A DNA stretch of 64,000 nt from Octopus sinensis (GCF_006345805.1 NC_042997.1:212474001-212538000), one strand, 5' to 3'; positions 38,036 to 52,324 are shown, numbered from the stretch's first letter. The notes: generated from the sequence alone by a model not told the origin. A program made the numbers and translations.

Positions 38036-39831
38036 TGTATATATATAGCAACCAATGGCTATATATGTATATATCATCATAATTATCATTATCATCATCA
38101 TCATTTAGCATCTGTTTTCCATGCTGACATGGATTGGAATGGCTTGACAGGAACTGGCAAGGCCATGGGCTGCACCAGGTTCCATTGTCTGTTTTGTTTT
38201 CGTTTCTATGGTTGGATGTCTTCCTAATGCCAACCACTCCACAGAATGCTCCAGCTGCTTTTTATGTGGCACCAGCATCCACATCAATGCTTCTACATGG
38301 CACTTTGGTTTTAGGATCTCAATTCTGTTGTGGTGGACAGGTCTTCACTAGTACAGCAATGCACCACATATCTGGGTCTTCTGTCATCTTCTTCAGAAAG
38401 TTCAGCATTTTGAGATCAGCCTTCAAAAACTTGCTCCCTGTCTCCCTCTTTGACAACTGTCCTCCACTTTAAGTGATATCCACTTCTTTTTTGCAACTGC
38501 CTAATCCACCCTTATCACATGACCAAACCAGAGCAGTGCCCTCTCTTGCACACTACAGCTAATTCCTCTTGTGCCCAACCACACTCTCAATACACCAATG
38601 CTCTGTTGCACCTACACACTGACATTGCACATCCAGCAGAACATACCAGCTTTGTTCCTCTCTAGCCTTCACATGTCCTCTGCATTCAGGGCCCACGTCA
38701 CACAACTGCGCAGCACTGCTGTTAATACACGTTCATCATACAAACTTCCCTTCACTTGGAGAGAAAGAGAGAGGGGGGAGAGAGAGAGAGGGAGAGAGAG
38801 AGGGGGAGAGAGACATTTGGTTGTCAACAGAAGTAAAAACTCTGAACTTTCTCCATCTTTTTCTTATTCTAGCAATTACACTTTCTGCTGCTCCCAGTCT
38901 TAAATTCCTCTTTTATGGCCTGGAGGATGATGATAACTAGGAAGGGACTGAGGACTGACTCTTGGTAGACACCTACATCTACACTAAATTAATCACTGTA
39001 TCCATGGCCAGCTCTTACCTTATTAACACCACCCTTGCACATTCCACAAGCCATTTGTCTATCCGAGTTTCCTCAGGGATCACATCACCAGATCACAGAA
39101 GAAGGTACACTGTGGACGGCTTTCTCTTTATAGATATCAAAATGAATAGAAGTGTGTATACACAAGTTTAATGCAGTGTATATAATCAAACTAAACTGGC
39201 AGTATGTATACACCAATAAATGGCAGTGTATATAGACACAATAAATTGTAGTGTATATACACAAATTTAAATGTCAGTATATATGGACAAGCTAAATGCC
39301 TGTGTGTATACACAGATTAAAATGGCAGTTTATACACCTAAATCCAATTGTTATGAAAATATACAAATAAAATAACAGTCTCTATACACAAACTAAAATG
39401 TCAGAGTATATACACAAAAATGTAGTGTACATACACAAATACATTTGGCTGTGTATATACATGATATCCATTGCTATATACATACACAATATATGTTGCT
39501 GTGTATATAAACAAACCAAATTTGCAGTATACATGCACAAATGACAATTTAATGTATATACACAAATTAAAATAGTAGTGTATATACATATACTAAAATA
39601 GTAGTGTATATTCCAAACTAAAATGTCTGTGTATATATACACAAATCGCATTGTGTATACTCAAAACAAATGACTGAATATTCACAAAGTAAATGGCAGT
39701 TTAGAAATAGTAAGGTATACACACAGAGTAAATGGCAAAACAGTAGTGTATACACTCATAAATAACAATGTACACACCCAAACTTAATAGTAGTCTATAT
39801 GAAATAAATTGCAGTGTATTTGCAGCTGCAG

Positions 39832-40985
39832 TAATGCTTATGTTTACAATGCTTACTTTACTCTTATCCCCAGTAGAGGCAACAGTTTTAACATGTTCGA
39901 ATGGTGATAAGTTAAAAACGAGAACAACTGTTATGACATGTGTGCTTTCAAACAATCATGGAAACCTTCTTTCCAGGTACTTAACACCATCTCTCCTTCC
40001 CATGTTCCCTCCCACATCCCTTTCCCAGTTTTCAGAGTTGGCACTGTAAATGTAGGCACATTGAAAGGTAGATCTGGTGAGATTGTAGAGATGCTTGAAA
40101 AGAGGCATGTTGATGTATGTTACATCCAAGAGATAAGGTGGAGAGGAGCTTCAGCAAGGTTTCTCACAAGCAAGACACGTATAAACACTTCTAGGAAGGT
40201 AACAGTGACAGAGTAGGTAGTGTAGGCATACGTCTTGCTGAGAAATGGGTGGATAAGATCATAGAGGTAGTCAGAGTGTGCAATAGAATGTTTAAGCTCA
40301 GGCTAGTCTTGCAGAATAGTACAGCCTCAATTATATCTGCTTATGCCCCTCAAATGAGCCTACCAAATGTACAGAAGGGCCACTTTTATGGATATTCTTC
40401 TGCAGAGTACCTCAAAGATGAATCCCAATGATCTCGTCTTTGTGGCTGGGGATTTCAGTGGGCATGCTGGATGGCAGCCTACAATCTTCCATGGTGTTCA
40501 TGGGGGCCAGGGATTGGCTCCTGAAATGAAGAGGGTCCAAGGCTACTGGAGTTCTGTGATGCAAATAACCTTTTGATCTGCAGCACCAACTTCCAGGTAT
40601 GGAAGCAAGGTCTAGAATCAAAGGGCCTTAGAGTCAATCTAGCAAAAACCAAAGTCATAGTAAGTAGGAAGGCAGACAAATCACAAATCCCTTCAGGTAG
40701 ATGGTCCTGCTCAATCTGTAGAAAAGGTGTAGGTAGAAACTCCATAAGATGCACCCAGTGTAAGCTTTGGACACATAACATAAAAGGTGCAGCAACGTCA
40801 GAGGAAGGTTAACAGGGAAACTAACTTTTGTATGTGGAAGGTACACAGGTACAATAAACGCTGAAAATGTGCAGAAAATAGACTCCATCAATTGCTAGGC
40901 GGGCAAACAAGAGGTAGTAGGTAACTTTTGTTTTCTTGGTGACCAAGTTACTAGTGGAGGTGGATGCTCCGAGAGTGTAGCTAGG
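39832..40985 (+). mobile_element. Internally deleted RTE copy (5' end, APE, part of RT thumb)
   Basis: Same 5' leader as 34261 (taatgcttatg...ccagtagaggcaac); GTVNVGTLKGRSGEIVEML; jumps to KQGLESKGLRVNLAKTKV. Confidence 0.85.
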
Positions 40986-41970
40986 AGAAAAAGTAAATGA
41001 CAGTGTATATAAACAAATGAAATGGCTGTGTATGCACTTATACAAATGTAGTGGTATATATACATGATTTAATGACAGTGTATATACCAAAACAAAAATA
41101 GCTGTGTCATCATCATCATCATCATCGTCGTTTAACGTCCGTTCTCCATGCTAGCATGGGTTGGACGGTTCGACCGGGGTTCTGGGAAGCCAGAAGGCTG
41201 CACCAGGCTCCAGTCTAAACTGGCAATGTTTCTACAGCTGGATGCCCTTCCTAACGCCATTTACATGTATATATACAAATTAATTAACAGTGTATGTACC
41301 CAAACTAAAATGGCAGAGTATATAATAAAAAGTTAAAATCAAAGAGTATATATATCTAAACTATATGACAGTGAACATATATACAAACTAAAATAGCAGT
41401 GTATATACACAAGCTGTGTTGATAATGTATACATGCACAAAGTGAAATAGCTGTGTATATACACATAAACTGAAATAGCAGTGTATATATACATACTATA
41501 TACATAGAGTGTATACATAGACAAACGAAGTAGATTTCTTCATTTCAGTTTTACATCTAAAATATTTCAATGTTTCATACGATGGAAATCAACCAGAAAA
41601 TGTGTGTCAGAGCAAATGCAACAACAATTGTGTTCGTCAGTGCTAATTAGACATAATTAAAAAATAACTTATTGATCTTTTGTTTTAAGTATAAAAAAAT
41701 GGAGGACAACATGAAAGTGGAAGCAAATATCTATAAATGAATATGAAAGAATGGTTTTGCTTTTTGTTTTGGTGTTTGATGTTTGAATTTGTGTAAGTCT
41801 TTTTTTTTCTTGTAAAATCCAGAAACTGAGAGAAAATGATTTGTTGCCCATAAAATCCTTTATTGGCTGAATCCCTGACATAAATCCTTGCAGCCAATCA
41901 TATCCAGTCATAAATCGGCTCAGTAAGATGGCACTTGCTTTAATTCTGTGATGATGAGCCTTGCAATATA

Positions 41971-42198
41971 TATTTCTTTACTACCCACAAGGGGCTAAAC
42001 ACAGAGGGGACAAACAAGGACAGACAAACGGATTAAGTCGATTACATCGACTCCAGTGCGTAACTGATACTTTATTTATCGACCCCGAAAGGATGAAAGG
42101 CAAAGTCGACCTCGGCGGAATTTGAACTCAGAACGTAACGGCAGACGAAATATGGCTACGCATTTCGCCCGGCATGCTAACGGTTTTGCCAGCTCGAG
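41971..42198 (-). mobile_element. SINE family A, well-preserved copy
   Basis: Reverse complement of the 13859 monomer; other copies at about 8306-8510(+), 9720-9872(+), 12480-12660(-), 27950-28110(+), 46425-46560(+), 49455-49660(-), 50938-51130(+) and 51165-51350(-). Confidence 0.88.
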
Positions 42199-42387
42199 CC
42201 TTGCAATATAGCATGGTGCCAAGTCTTTCCAGCTGACCCCTTTGGCTTGATTAAGGAAACAAAAAAAACAAAAACCATTACCTGACCACAATACATTGGG
42301 AGAGTTTACGAGAAAAACAAAAGACGAAGACAGGTGGTGTACAAAACAAACAGATGTATTAGTATAACGCTCAAGAATAGAAAAAGT

Positions 42388-42423
42388 CTTTTACGTTTCG
42401 AGCCTACGCTCTTCTACAGAAAG
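42388..42423 (-). ncRNA. Second copy of the CUGUAGA hammerhead-like motif
   Basis: CUUU-CUGUAGA-A-GAGC GUAG GCUC-GAAAC GUA|AAAG, same core and stems II/III as 13349-13386. Confidence 0.55.
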
Positions 42424-44314
42424 GGGCACAGAAAAAACAAGGAGAGAAAAAAATGTGTGTAGTGGCTAACGATCTATCATGGTGACTGACTCGGACAGAA
42501 GGGTCACACACGAGAGGGAAAGTAGGGGTGATAACAAAGTAAAGATGACCCCCAACACGAAGGTGCGTGTGTGTATTGAACTGTGAATTAATCCAATGGC
42601 AGCCAGAATCAACACCATGAGTTATCTGGAGTATATCTCAGAAAACATTATTCTTTGAGTTGGATAGTCCCTAATCTCCTTCACCATGTTGTTACATCCA
42701 GTCATTTCTTAAATATATTCATAATTAAAAAATATAATAATAATTTTCTTTTACTTTCATTTAATTGGTGATTTTCAGTTAATTGTCTTTGAGTGTTATT
42801 TTCCATAAATTGAAAGATCATTGATAAATTTGATGTTTTGGCTATGAAATGCTGTTTTTCTGTTTTAGGTAGAAACTCATATTATAAATAAATGTTTATC
42901 TATCTTTGATATCAACGTAATTTATCCCCCCAACAAAATTACATACAAAGCACTGGATAGATCAGTTTAAAATATTTCTCATTTTACTGGAAATTTCAAG
43001 ATTCTGATTTCTAAGATACTGATTCAAATTTTGTAATTATTTATTTTTTATTAATTAAAAATTTTCCAAATCCTGAATGCTTCATGTTCAAAGCCATTTT
43101 TAAAAAAATGCTTAATGATAATGTGAGAAAAAATGTTTAAAACACCTTTCCTTAAACAATAGATATTTTGTTGACCTGTGACAAAACGATTGTGTGCTTC
43201 AATGCACAAACTCGATACCAACATTATCAAGTCATTATCAAAATAAATTGGTTTTTCTAGAAAAAATTATCATAATTGAGATTTTCACAATGTTGACTTA
43301 CAACAGGTACATTTTAAAGTTTTTATGGCTAAAGTTAAAAGACTAATTTTACTCCTAAGATGAGGGAATCTTTTTAATGTATTTTATATGGCAATTATAA
43401 TAAATCTGACTAAACTTTTTTTTCCATATATTATCATAAAGAAAAGTTAATGCATTTTATATGTGAGAGATTTTTTTTTTCCTGAGATTTTATCATCCAT
43501 AATCAATGGTTCACATTCTGCACAAACAAGTATGTTATTCTGAATGTAAAAATAGCAGGCAGTTGTTAAAAAGTTGAAATTATTGCTCAAGAAAAAGAAA
43601 ATTCTTTTTTAAGTCGGACTAGGATTTTATATTGACCAGATAAAATATAAATTAATAAAAAGAAAACATACATTATGGCTCATGCATTAAATTATCATCA
43701 TCATCATTAGTAACAACATTTAACATCCGTTTTCTGTGCTGGCATGGGTTGGATGGCTTGACAGGAACTGGCAAGGCCAGGGGTTGCACCAGGTTCCAGA
43801 GTCTATTTTGGCTTGGAATACACCAAAAAGCCTCTTGGGGATACTTGATCTGGTGAAAGTAGCAACTAAATCTCTCTCAAAGTGCATCCTACCAAAAGAC
43901 ATAGTCTAGTTTTAGAGATATGGTGTGTCTATAAAAAAAAGGCAGGTTAGCCATTCTTAATCTAAACTGCCCTGAGCTCAAACAGTAACAGCCAATTACT
44001 CTTTTGCTCTTTTACTTGTTTCAGTCATTTGACTGCGGCCATGCTGGAGCACCGCCTTTAATTAGATTGACTTTTTTAAGAAACCTTTAGAAAAGGTCAT
44101 CTTCCATGAATAGCAGGGAAATGGTTTCTGTTGTGGAATATATTCTTGTTTTGTTATTCTGAAACTGGAAGCATCTTAAAACTGCTTCTTAGCCTGAAGA
44201 AGGAAATGGAGCTTCATGGAAAGTGTCCACCACCAAAACAATTCAGTCTTAATGCTTCCCCCCCACCCATACTTTGCCCATCAAATTATAGTATCTTGTG
44301 GCCACTTCCTGACA

Positions 44315-44480
44315 GGATGATGATGATGGTGGTGGTCCTGATGATGATGATGATGACGATTGTAGTGGTGATGATGATGGTAATGATGACGATGATGGTG
44401 ATGATGGTGGTGGTGATGATAATGAAGATGTTTATGATCTTGATGGTGATGATGACAATGGTTTTGATAATGAAGATGAT
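44315..44480. repeat. (GAT/GGT)n trinucleotide tract
   Basis: Direct observation; gives the spurious poly-Met/Val ORF. Confidence 0.92.
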
Positions 44481-45974
44481 GGTTCCTACATCTAATCTAT
44501 AAAATCATATCTTTATTATATCCCACAAGACACTACTTCGCTTTTTCAGCATTCCAGAGTCAATGAAATAACATACCAGCTACATCCTGGGGTTAATGAA
44601 ATAAAGCACCAGCTCTGCCCTCAAATTGATTTAATCAACTGCATGCCTTTAAAAAATTGGCGACATACTCTGTGTCCCATCCAAACGAATTACCAGTTTT
44701 AATGAAGAAACATTTTATTTTATTTGTCGCTCTTCCTTCTCTCTCTCACTTTTGTCCCAGTGCCCAGAACAAAAACATTCCTATCTTCTTGCAACTAATG
44801 TGTCCAGTTACCCCAATCCTCCTTAAGTTCCCCTGCCGAAAAGTAGTGAAAGTATTATGGCACTAAGTTCAAACCATAAAATCCCTACTTTCCTTCTTTT
44901 TGGGGATTCTCATAATAGGAGATGTAAAACTACATCGAGGGGATGGATGACATCAGTTTAATATCTAAAAAAAAGCTGGGCCACCAGCAACTAAAGCCAC
45001 AATCGCAGAGCATGAACTGTGAAGAGGATATTTTTCTTGCGCTCTGGTCCCGCTGCACGATGGAAAACAAAACCTGTCAAAGTGCAAATGATCTCTGGAG
45101 AGTCAACAGTCATCCAGAAAGTATTTCTTCATCAGCAGCATTACTATTGCTGCTGCTGCTGCTGCTGCTGGTGCAATTACCGGCTCATGAAGGTAGTAAT
45201 AACGAGTGTGAGTACCCTGAGACCCAAAACATCGGAGATCACCTTTATAGGGAAACATCTGGGACAAAAGTCAGAGTATTTCTCTTTAGCCCTGGCTGTC
45301 AGACCGTCCACCACCACCACCACCACCACCACCACAGAGGTAGTGTCTCTATGAAACACCTGTGTTTGTGACACCTCATCCCCACAGTCCTCTTTATAAG
45401 TGTTATGCCAAATAAAAAACATTACCACAACTGCATTCATGAGATGAGATTCGCAGGTAAAGGTCTCTCACATTGGCACATGTCCTAGTATGCAGCAGGA
45501 CGGGGTCTGGTTGTTGTGTCCTAATGCTGCTGCAAAGATTAGAAGAAGCAAACCTAACAAAATATGATAGAGGACAAGGATGTATAAAATATGGAACCAA
45601 GTCTGCTACACCATAAAAGTCTGATCCTGAAAAGACAGTGGTTCTCCTGACTGTAACTGGAAGGGATCTCCATGGCAGTAAATGATATAAAACAGGATTA
45701 TGTGGGACATGGAGATAAAACGGAACAAGAACAAAGAATTGAAGAAGGGCCAATAAATCTTCAGGGAAGAAACATCTTGGTGGCGGTGGTGGGACAAGTT
45801 TTACTTTATGAAAAGAAAAATGTCACAAAGGAGTTATAACATCTAAATTGGAGAGGAATAAATAAGAAAGAAAGTGACCGTCAACCTTCAGAAGGATTCA
45901 GGGACTTTTGTTGTCAGAAAACAAGCTGAACACAGAGACGTCTGGTGTCAGCTTATGGAACTTTGTTGTTGTTG

Positions 45975-46362
45975 TTATTATTATTATTATTATTATCATC
46001 ACAGGTTTTGTTGGAGCTCCTGGAGTCTTGCATGCAGAGCAGGCTTACTACCTGCAGCCTATGGTACCATGCTAGCCATTCTTTTCAGCTGTCTAATTCT
46101 TTCCTGATTATTCTGGCTGTGCCAAGGAGGCAAACCTTTTGTAACAGTTCTATTGAGTACCCTTTTCCAATTTCCTTTATATTCCACTTGATGCCTTCTG
46201 ATACTGTTCCCAAAGACTCAACAATAACTGGCACTATCTTCACCGCCTTTATTTTCCATACCTGGGCTATTTCATACTTAAGAAGGTTCTATCTATCTAT
46301 CTTTCCCCCTTCCTCCTTGACTATTCGTGGGTCAAAAGGGAACGCAACATCAATTGTATAAA
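45975..46362 (-). mobile_element. R4/Dong-like (restriction-like endonuclease) LINE 3' end within TAA repeats
   Basis: Minus strand translates IDVAFPFDPRIVKEE..KI...LKYEIAQVW...IVPVIVESLG...LLQKVCLLGTARIIRKEL; (TAA)n on both sides (45975-45996 and 46365-46420). Confidence 0.8.
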
Positions 46363-46376
46363 GCACATTATTATTA

Positions 46377-46421
<45 letters not shown>

Positions 46422-46569
46422 CAATGTGGCGAGCTGGCAAAATTGTTACCATGTCAGATGAAATGCTTAGTGGTATTTTATCTACCACTGCGTTTTGAGT
46501 TCAAATTCCACCATGGTCGACTTTGCCGTTCATCCCTTTAGGACAATAAAATACCATTTGAACACCATA

Positions 46570-47095
46570 GTCTGTTTATGTTTGCTTTAGGGTGTAGCGC
46601 CCCATGCTGCGTCATCAACTTTCTTGTCCTTCTATCCAGTGTTGATATTTCCTCCTTAGTCCATTTGAGGATAGACACACTATATCTGACCACCACAACT
46701 GTCCAGATATTTGGCATTCAGATTGGATTTCAACACCATCTTCACCCTTTTTCGATACACCTCGCTGACCTTGACTTTCATTTCTCTGTGTAGAATGTCA
46801 TCCAGCTCCAAAATCCCTAAACATCTATACCCACTATATCCCAAATTCCATACCGATGTCCCTATCACACTTCTGGACTGATTTGGTTAAGGAATCTATC
46901 AGTTTTTCAGATTTCCCAAACAATTTCAGGCCATCCATAAACAGAAGATGGATCAATGAGGGGCATTGGTAACCCATCTTAACTTTCCTAAGTGTCATTG
47001 TTATGGGGATTTGTGCAATTACAAAAAGTAATGGAGAAAACGAATCACTTTGGAAGATTCCCCCTCTTAATATTAACGTCTCCAAGGAATGCATT
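46570..47095 (-). mobile_element. R4/Dong-like RT fragment
   Basis: GIFQSDSFSPLLFVIAQIP...LIHLLFMDGLKLFGK...DIGMEFGI (RT motifs 4-6); (TAA)n at 47095-47112. Confidence 0.82.
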
Positions 47096-47114
47096 ATTAT
47101 TATTATTATTATCA

Positions 47115-47612
47115 CGTATGCATACCTTCCCTTCTTGGGACACAAAACTCTACTTGTGAATACCTGTTGAGGCAAGTGAGGATCAGAATCGAAATCGAGC
47201 AATGGAAATTACAGATGTGTTACCAGTGCCGGTGGCACGTAAGAGAACCTTCCGTTTCATGACCGTTGCCAGCGCCGCCCCGACTGGCCTCGTGCCGGTG
47301 GCACGTAAAAAGCACCATCCGTTCGTGTCCGTTGCCAGCATCGCCTGGCCCCGTGCCGGTGACACGTAAAAACACCATTCGTTCGTTGCCGTTCGCCAGC
47401 TCTGTCTGGCACCTGTGCGGGTGGCACGTAAAAATCACCCACTACACTCACGGAGTGGTTGGCGTTAGGAAGGGCATCCAGCCGTAGAAACACTGCCAGA
47501 TTTGACTGGGCCTGATGAAGCCTTCTGGCTTCACAGACCCCAGTAGAACCGTCCAACCCATGCTAGCATGGAAAACGGACGCTAAACGACGATGATGATG
47601 ATGATGATGATT
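47115..47612 (+). mobile_element. Well-preserved RTE 3' UTR fragment
   Basis: Four gtgccggtggcacgtaaaaa-type units, then ggagtggttggcgttaggaagggcatcc motif and (GAT)n tail. Confidence 0.88.
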
Positions 47613-47785
47613 ATTATCATAACAAAATAATAAAAGCAAAGTAAATATAACAATGCCTATGTGTGTATGAATTACGACAAAATGACTCTACCATGATTTT
47701 ATTGTTTTGGTTTGTTTTGAAAAAGCATAAAGAAGGGGAACATCTTGAAACTGTACTCTTCGTTCCTTCTTTGTCTTTTAACTAT

Positions 47786-47850
<65 letters not shown>

Positions 47851-48589
47851 AGCTGCCACACTGTCTTTCTCCCTCAAAGGATGTTGTGATTATATTCCAT
47901 CATGGAATCGTTCTTATCAGACAGATTGCTGAATAAGATTTAGAATAGAAAGCTTTAGCGGCTTTAATTTAGATAAGTTTCTCACCTCTTTAGCCAGCAA
48001 GTGTTCTTACAACAACAACAAAAGTAATAACTCTAATATGCTGTTGCAGTAACCACCACCACCACCACCACCACCACCACCACCACTGTCACTGCCACTG
48101 AGTGCTGTGAAACTAAATAAGTGTCAGTATTAAATCCAGTCATGTTGGTGCAGCAAGTCGCTGGGATTAAGTCAACATTCATTCACACTAACACACTTAA
48201 ATACTCACTAAGACTCTCTCTCTCTCTCTCTCCCTCTCCCTCTCTCCCTCTCCCTCTCCCTCTCTCCCTCTCTCTTCTTAATTCAAGAACCTCTTTTACT
48301 AAAATCTGAATACTGTCAGTTGAGAACCAAGTTATTAGCAGATTCCACAGCCTTTTGTTTGTGAGTTGAAAACCTACAGAAGTTGATTTCATTTTATGAT
48401 AAGTGTTACAGATTGCACAATTTGCAGGGGATGTTTTGCGGGTAAAGGAAATGTGTATATCCAGACGCCATAAGATTTGTTATGTGAATAAAAAAAATTA
48501 AGGAGTCACCAAAAAAAACAAAAAAAAACAACAACAAAAATGCTCAGTGAATTAGTAGGGAAAAGGAAAGAAAAAAACACAATAGACCA

Positions 48590-50930
48590 ACAGATATGGT
48601 CCACCATCACAGGCCAAAAGATTACAGACAGGCTGTGGAGTACCAGCAAGTGGGAAACTCCAGGGATAAAGCTCCTCAACTTCTAGTGGAAACACCTCAC
48701 CAGAACCCATATCCACTTCATGGCAGCATTCAATTTATTGATAAGTGAGCCAGAATCATTTCCAAACTGGATGCAGGAAGGACAAACCACCCTAATTCCA
48801 AAAAACGAAGACACTGTCCACCCACAAAATTACAGACCAATAACATGCCTATCAACATCTTACAAGACCCTAACATCAGTCAGCTATAATTGGTTTATAA
48901 AGCAGCTGGAAAAGAAAAACAATGTCTTACCAGAACAACAAAAGGGTGCCAATGAGGGGTGTATGGCTGTAAGGAGCAACTTGTTGTAAACCAAGCAATT
49001 AAAGAGGAGAAAGACAAATCTGAACTTGATTTAGATTGATTACCTGAAAGCATGCCACACTCATCAACATCATCATCGTTTAACGTCCGCTTTCCATGCT
49101 TACATGGGTTGGACGATTTTGACTGAGGGCTGGCGAACCAGATGGGTGCACCAGGCTCCAATCTTGATCTGGCAGAGTTTCTACAGCTGGATGCCCTTCC
49201 TAATGCCAACCACTCCGAGAGTGTAGTGGGTGCTTTTTACATACCACTGGCATGGGGGCCAGTCAGGTGGTACTGGCAATGACCTCACTCGAATCTTTTT
49301 TTCACATGCCACCGGCACAGGTGCCAGTAAGGCGACGTTGGTAATTATCACGCTCGAATGGTGCCCTTTTAAGTGCCACAACACAGGGGCCAGTCAGGCG
49401 AAATCTTTCCACACAAATAAGGCAGACCCACCACTGCTAGAATATGTTCCTTTCTGCTCTAGGCACAAGGTCTGGAATTTTGGGGGAGAGGACAAGTCGA
49501 TTAGATTGACCCAGTATGCAACTGGTACTTAATTTATCAACCTCGAAAAAAAAAAAGGTAAAGTTGACCCCAGTAGAATTTGAACTCAGAACATAAAGAC
49601 AAACGAAATTCTGTTAAGCATTTCTGCCGGCATGCTAACGTTTCTGCCAGATCACTGCCTTACTGCTAGAATGTATTAAATATGCAATGGCAAACTGGAA
49701 AACCAGTATTGCATTAGAGAAAAGAAAAAAAAGATTCACAAGTTATTAAAACCTTTCCTATACACATAAGAAGAGGGATTTTCCAGGGAGACTCACTGTC
49801 ACCCCTGCTCTTCTGCCATTTTCTGACCCACTAACTAACTTATTAAACAAAACCACCATGGGTTATAGGTGTTATGGACATAAAAGAAACCGTTTCCTGT
49901 ACATGGGTGCTCTAAAACTCTTTGCTAAAAGCACCATGGAACAGAGAAACATTATCGAAATTGTCCAGAGTTTCTGCAATGACACCAGAATGAGCATGGG
50001 GCTAGACTAATGTGCCAGAGTCACACTGAGAAGGGGCAAATTATTCAGCCCTGAAAATACTGCAATAGAAGAAACAGCTAAAATACAACAGACAGAAATG
50101 AAATAGAAAATTAGGAGAGAGTATTACAGAAGAGTTAGACTAATATTGAACACTGAACTTGATGCCAAAAATTAGGTAACAGAGATAAACATGCTAGCCA
50201 TACTAGTCATGAATTACAGTTTTAACATAATAAACTGGAAGATCAGTGAAGTGAGAAGCTTAGATAGAAAAACTAGAAGACAACTAACAGTGTACCCAAG
50301 TGACCACCCCAAAGCATACGCAGACAGAATATATCTCTCCCACTCAGAAGGAGGTCTTGGCCTGATACAGATAGAGAACTACTATAAAATAACAACAGTT
50401 GGACTAAGAAAGTACTTAAAAACAAAGAGGGGAAGACTACTGGCTGTAGTAAAGTAACATGGGAAAAAGAAAATGCTTTTCTCTACAGACAAGGAGGCGA
50501 GAAAATACAAAACAGAAACAAACTACACTGATTTCAAATAACAACACAGCAGAAATGGTAAGAGAGACAAAAAAAACAACAACATGAAAACTGAATTACA
50601 ATTTCCATGCCAGCATGGAAAACAAACACTAAACAATGATGATGATGGCTGAAGAAGAAATAAAGAGAAGAACCACTTCATGGCGGGCAATAGCTTGCCA
50701 GGCTTGACAGAGGGGAAGTGAGCCTCAGTAAAAGCTAACAATGGCTCAAAAGCTCTGGACTAAAAGCCGAAACGGAAGAACTGATTCTTGCAGCACAAAC
50801 AATTATAGAAACAAAATAATGACAACAGGCCCTAAGACCAAGTGTAGAATGTGCAACTAGCAGAGTAAGACAGCTGACCACAGAAATCCTAACAGGAACA
50901 AAACCAAACTTGAGCAAAACAAAAATGATG
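48590..50930 (+). mobile_element. Fragmented R4/Dong-like LINE interrupted by RTE and SINE insertions
   Basis: TTLIPK...NYRPITCL (48720-48989); FQGDSLSPLLFC at about 49780; INWKISEVRSLDRKTRR...HPKAYADRIY...EGGLGL (50191-50457); GLKAETE.LILAAQ at about 50760-50800. Confidence 0.8.
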
Positions 50931-51371
50931 AAAGAAATGTTAGCATGCTTGGCGAAATGCTTAGCAGTATTTCGTTGGTCTTTATGTTCTGAATTCAAAT
51001 TCTGCCAAGGTCAGCTTTGTCATTCATTCTTTCAGGGTTGATAAATTAAGTACCAGTTGTATACTGAGGTCGATATAATCGACTGGTCCCCTCCCCCAAA
51101 ATTTTGAGTCTTGTGCCTAGAGTAGAAAAGAATAATCCTTTTTACAAAAAGCAAAAGGCCTGAAATTTGATGGGGACAAGGGAGAGGACTACTTGATTTT
51201 TATCAATCCCAGTATTTCCCTGGTACTTAATTTATTGACCCTGAAAGGATGAAAGGCAAAGTCGACCTTGAAAGAATTTGAACTCAGAACATAAATACAA
51301 ACAAAATGCCGCTAAGCATTTTGCCCAGCATGCTAACAATCCTGCCAGCCTTCCCCCCTTAATAGGATGCT

Positions 51372-52210
51372 CTGAGAGTTTTGGCTGCTAGAATAAGAAT
51401 GGCCTGGGCAAAGTTCAGGAAGCTCCTACCTCTGCTGGTAACAAAGGGCTTCTCACTCGGAGTGAAACGTAGACTATATGATGCCTGTGTGTGAACAACC
51501 ATGCTACATGGCAGTGAAACATGGGCTGTGACTGCTGAGGACATGCGTAAGCTTGAAAGAAATGGAGCCAGTATGCTCTGATGGATGTGTAATATCAGTG
51601 TGCATGTATGACAGAGTGTAAGTGCCTTGAGAGAAAAGTTAGACATAAGAAGCATGAGATGTGGTGTGCAAGAGATGACTGTATTGGTATGGTCATGCGA
51701 TGTGTATGGATGAGGACAGCTGTGTGAAGTGCCAGACCCTAACTGTGTAGGAAACTTATAGAATAGGTAGACCCAGGAAGACATGGGATGAAGTGGTGAA
51801 GCACGACCTTTGAACATTGGGTCTCACAGAGGCAATAATAAGTGACCAAGACCTTTGGAGATATGCCATGCTTGAGAAGACCCAACAAGCCAAGTGGGAT
51901 CGTAACCATGGCCAATGCCAGTATCGCATAACTGGCCCTTTGAAAAGCACCATTCAATTGCTGGGCAATATGCTGTGCTTGTGAAGACCTGTTGAACTGA
52001 GTGGGATCGTAGTCATGGCCGATGACAGTGCAGCCTGACTGGCACCTGTGCCAGTGGCATGTAAAAGGCACCCACTAAACCCTTGGAGTGGTTGGCATTA
52101 GGAAGGGCATCCAGCTGTAGAAACCATAGATCCTGGTGCTGGCTTGCCAGTTCTGCCAAGCTATCCAACCCATGTCAGCATGGAAAGTGAACATTAAACA
52201 ATGACGACGA
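51372..52210 (+). mobile_element. RTE 3' fragment with GAT tail
   Basis: RIAWAKFRKLLPLL...GRPRKTWDEVVKHDL-like sequence, 3' UTR and (GAC/GAT)n tail. Confidence 0.85.
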
Positions 52211-52324
52211 TGATCATGATATATTATGTGGTTGATAATATTTTTAACTGAGTTGTTACAATTGTATTTGATTGTTGAAGTGCTTCAGTTCTTTGCTATG
52301 TTCACATATCGACTTGATTCCAAA

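Noticed and set aside
44943-45900. 142-aa ORF with poly-Leu and poly-His, and adjacent coding-like sequence
   Set aside because: The runs come from (CTG)n and (CAC)n microsatellites; no recognisable domain or splice signals; likely decayed LINE.
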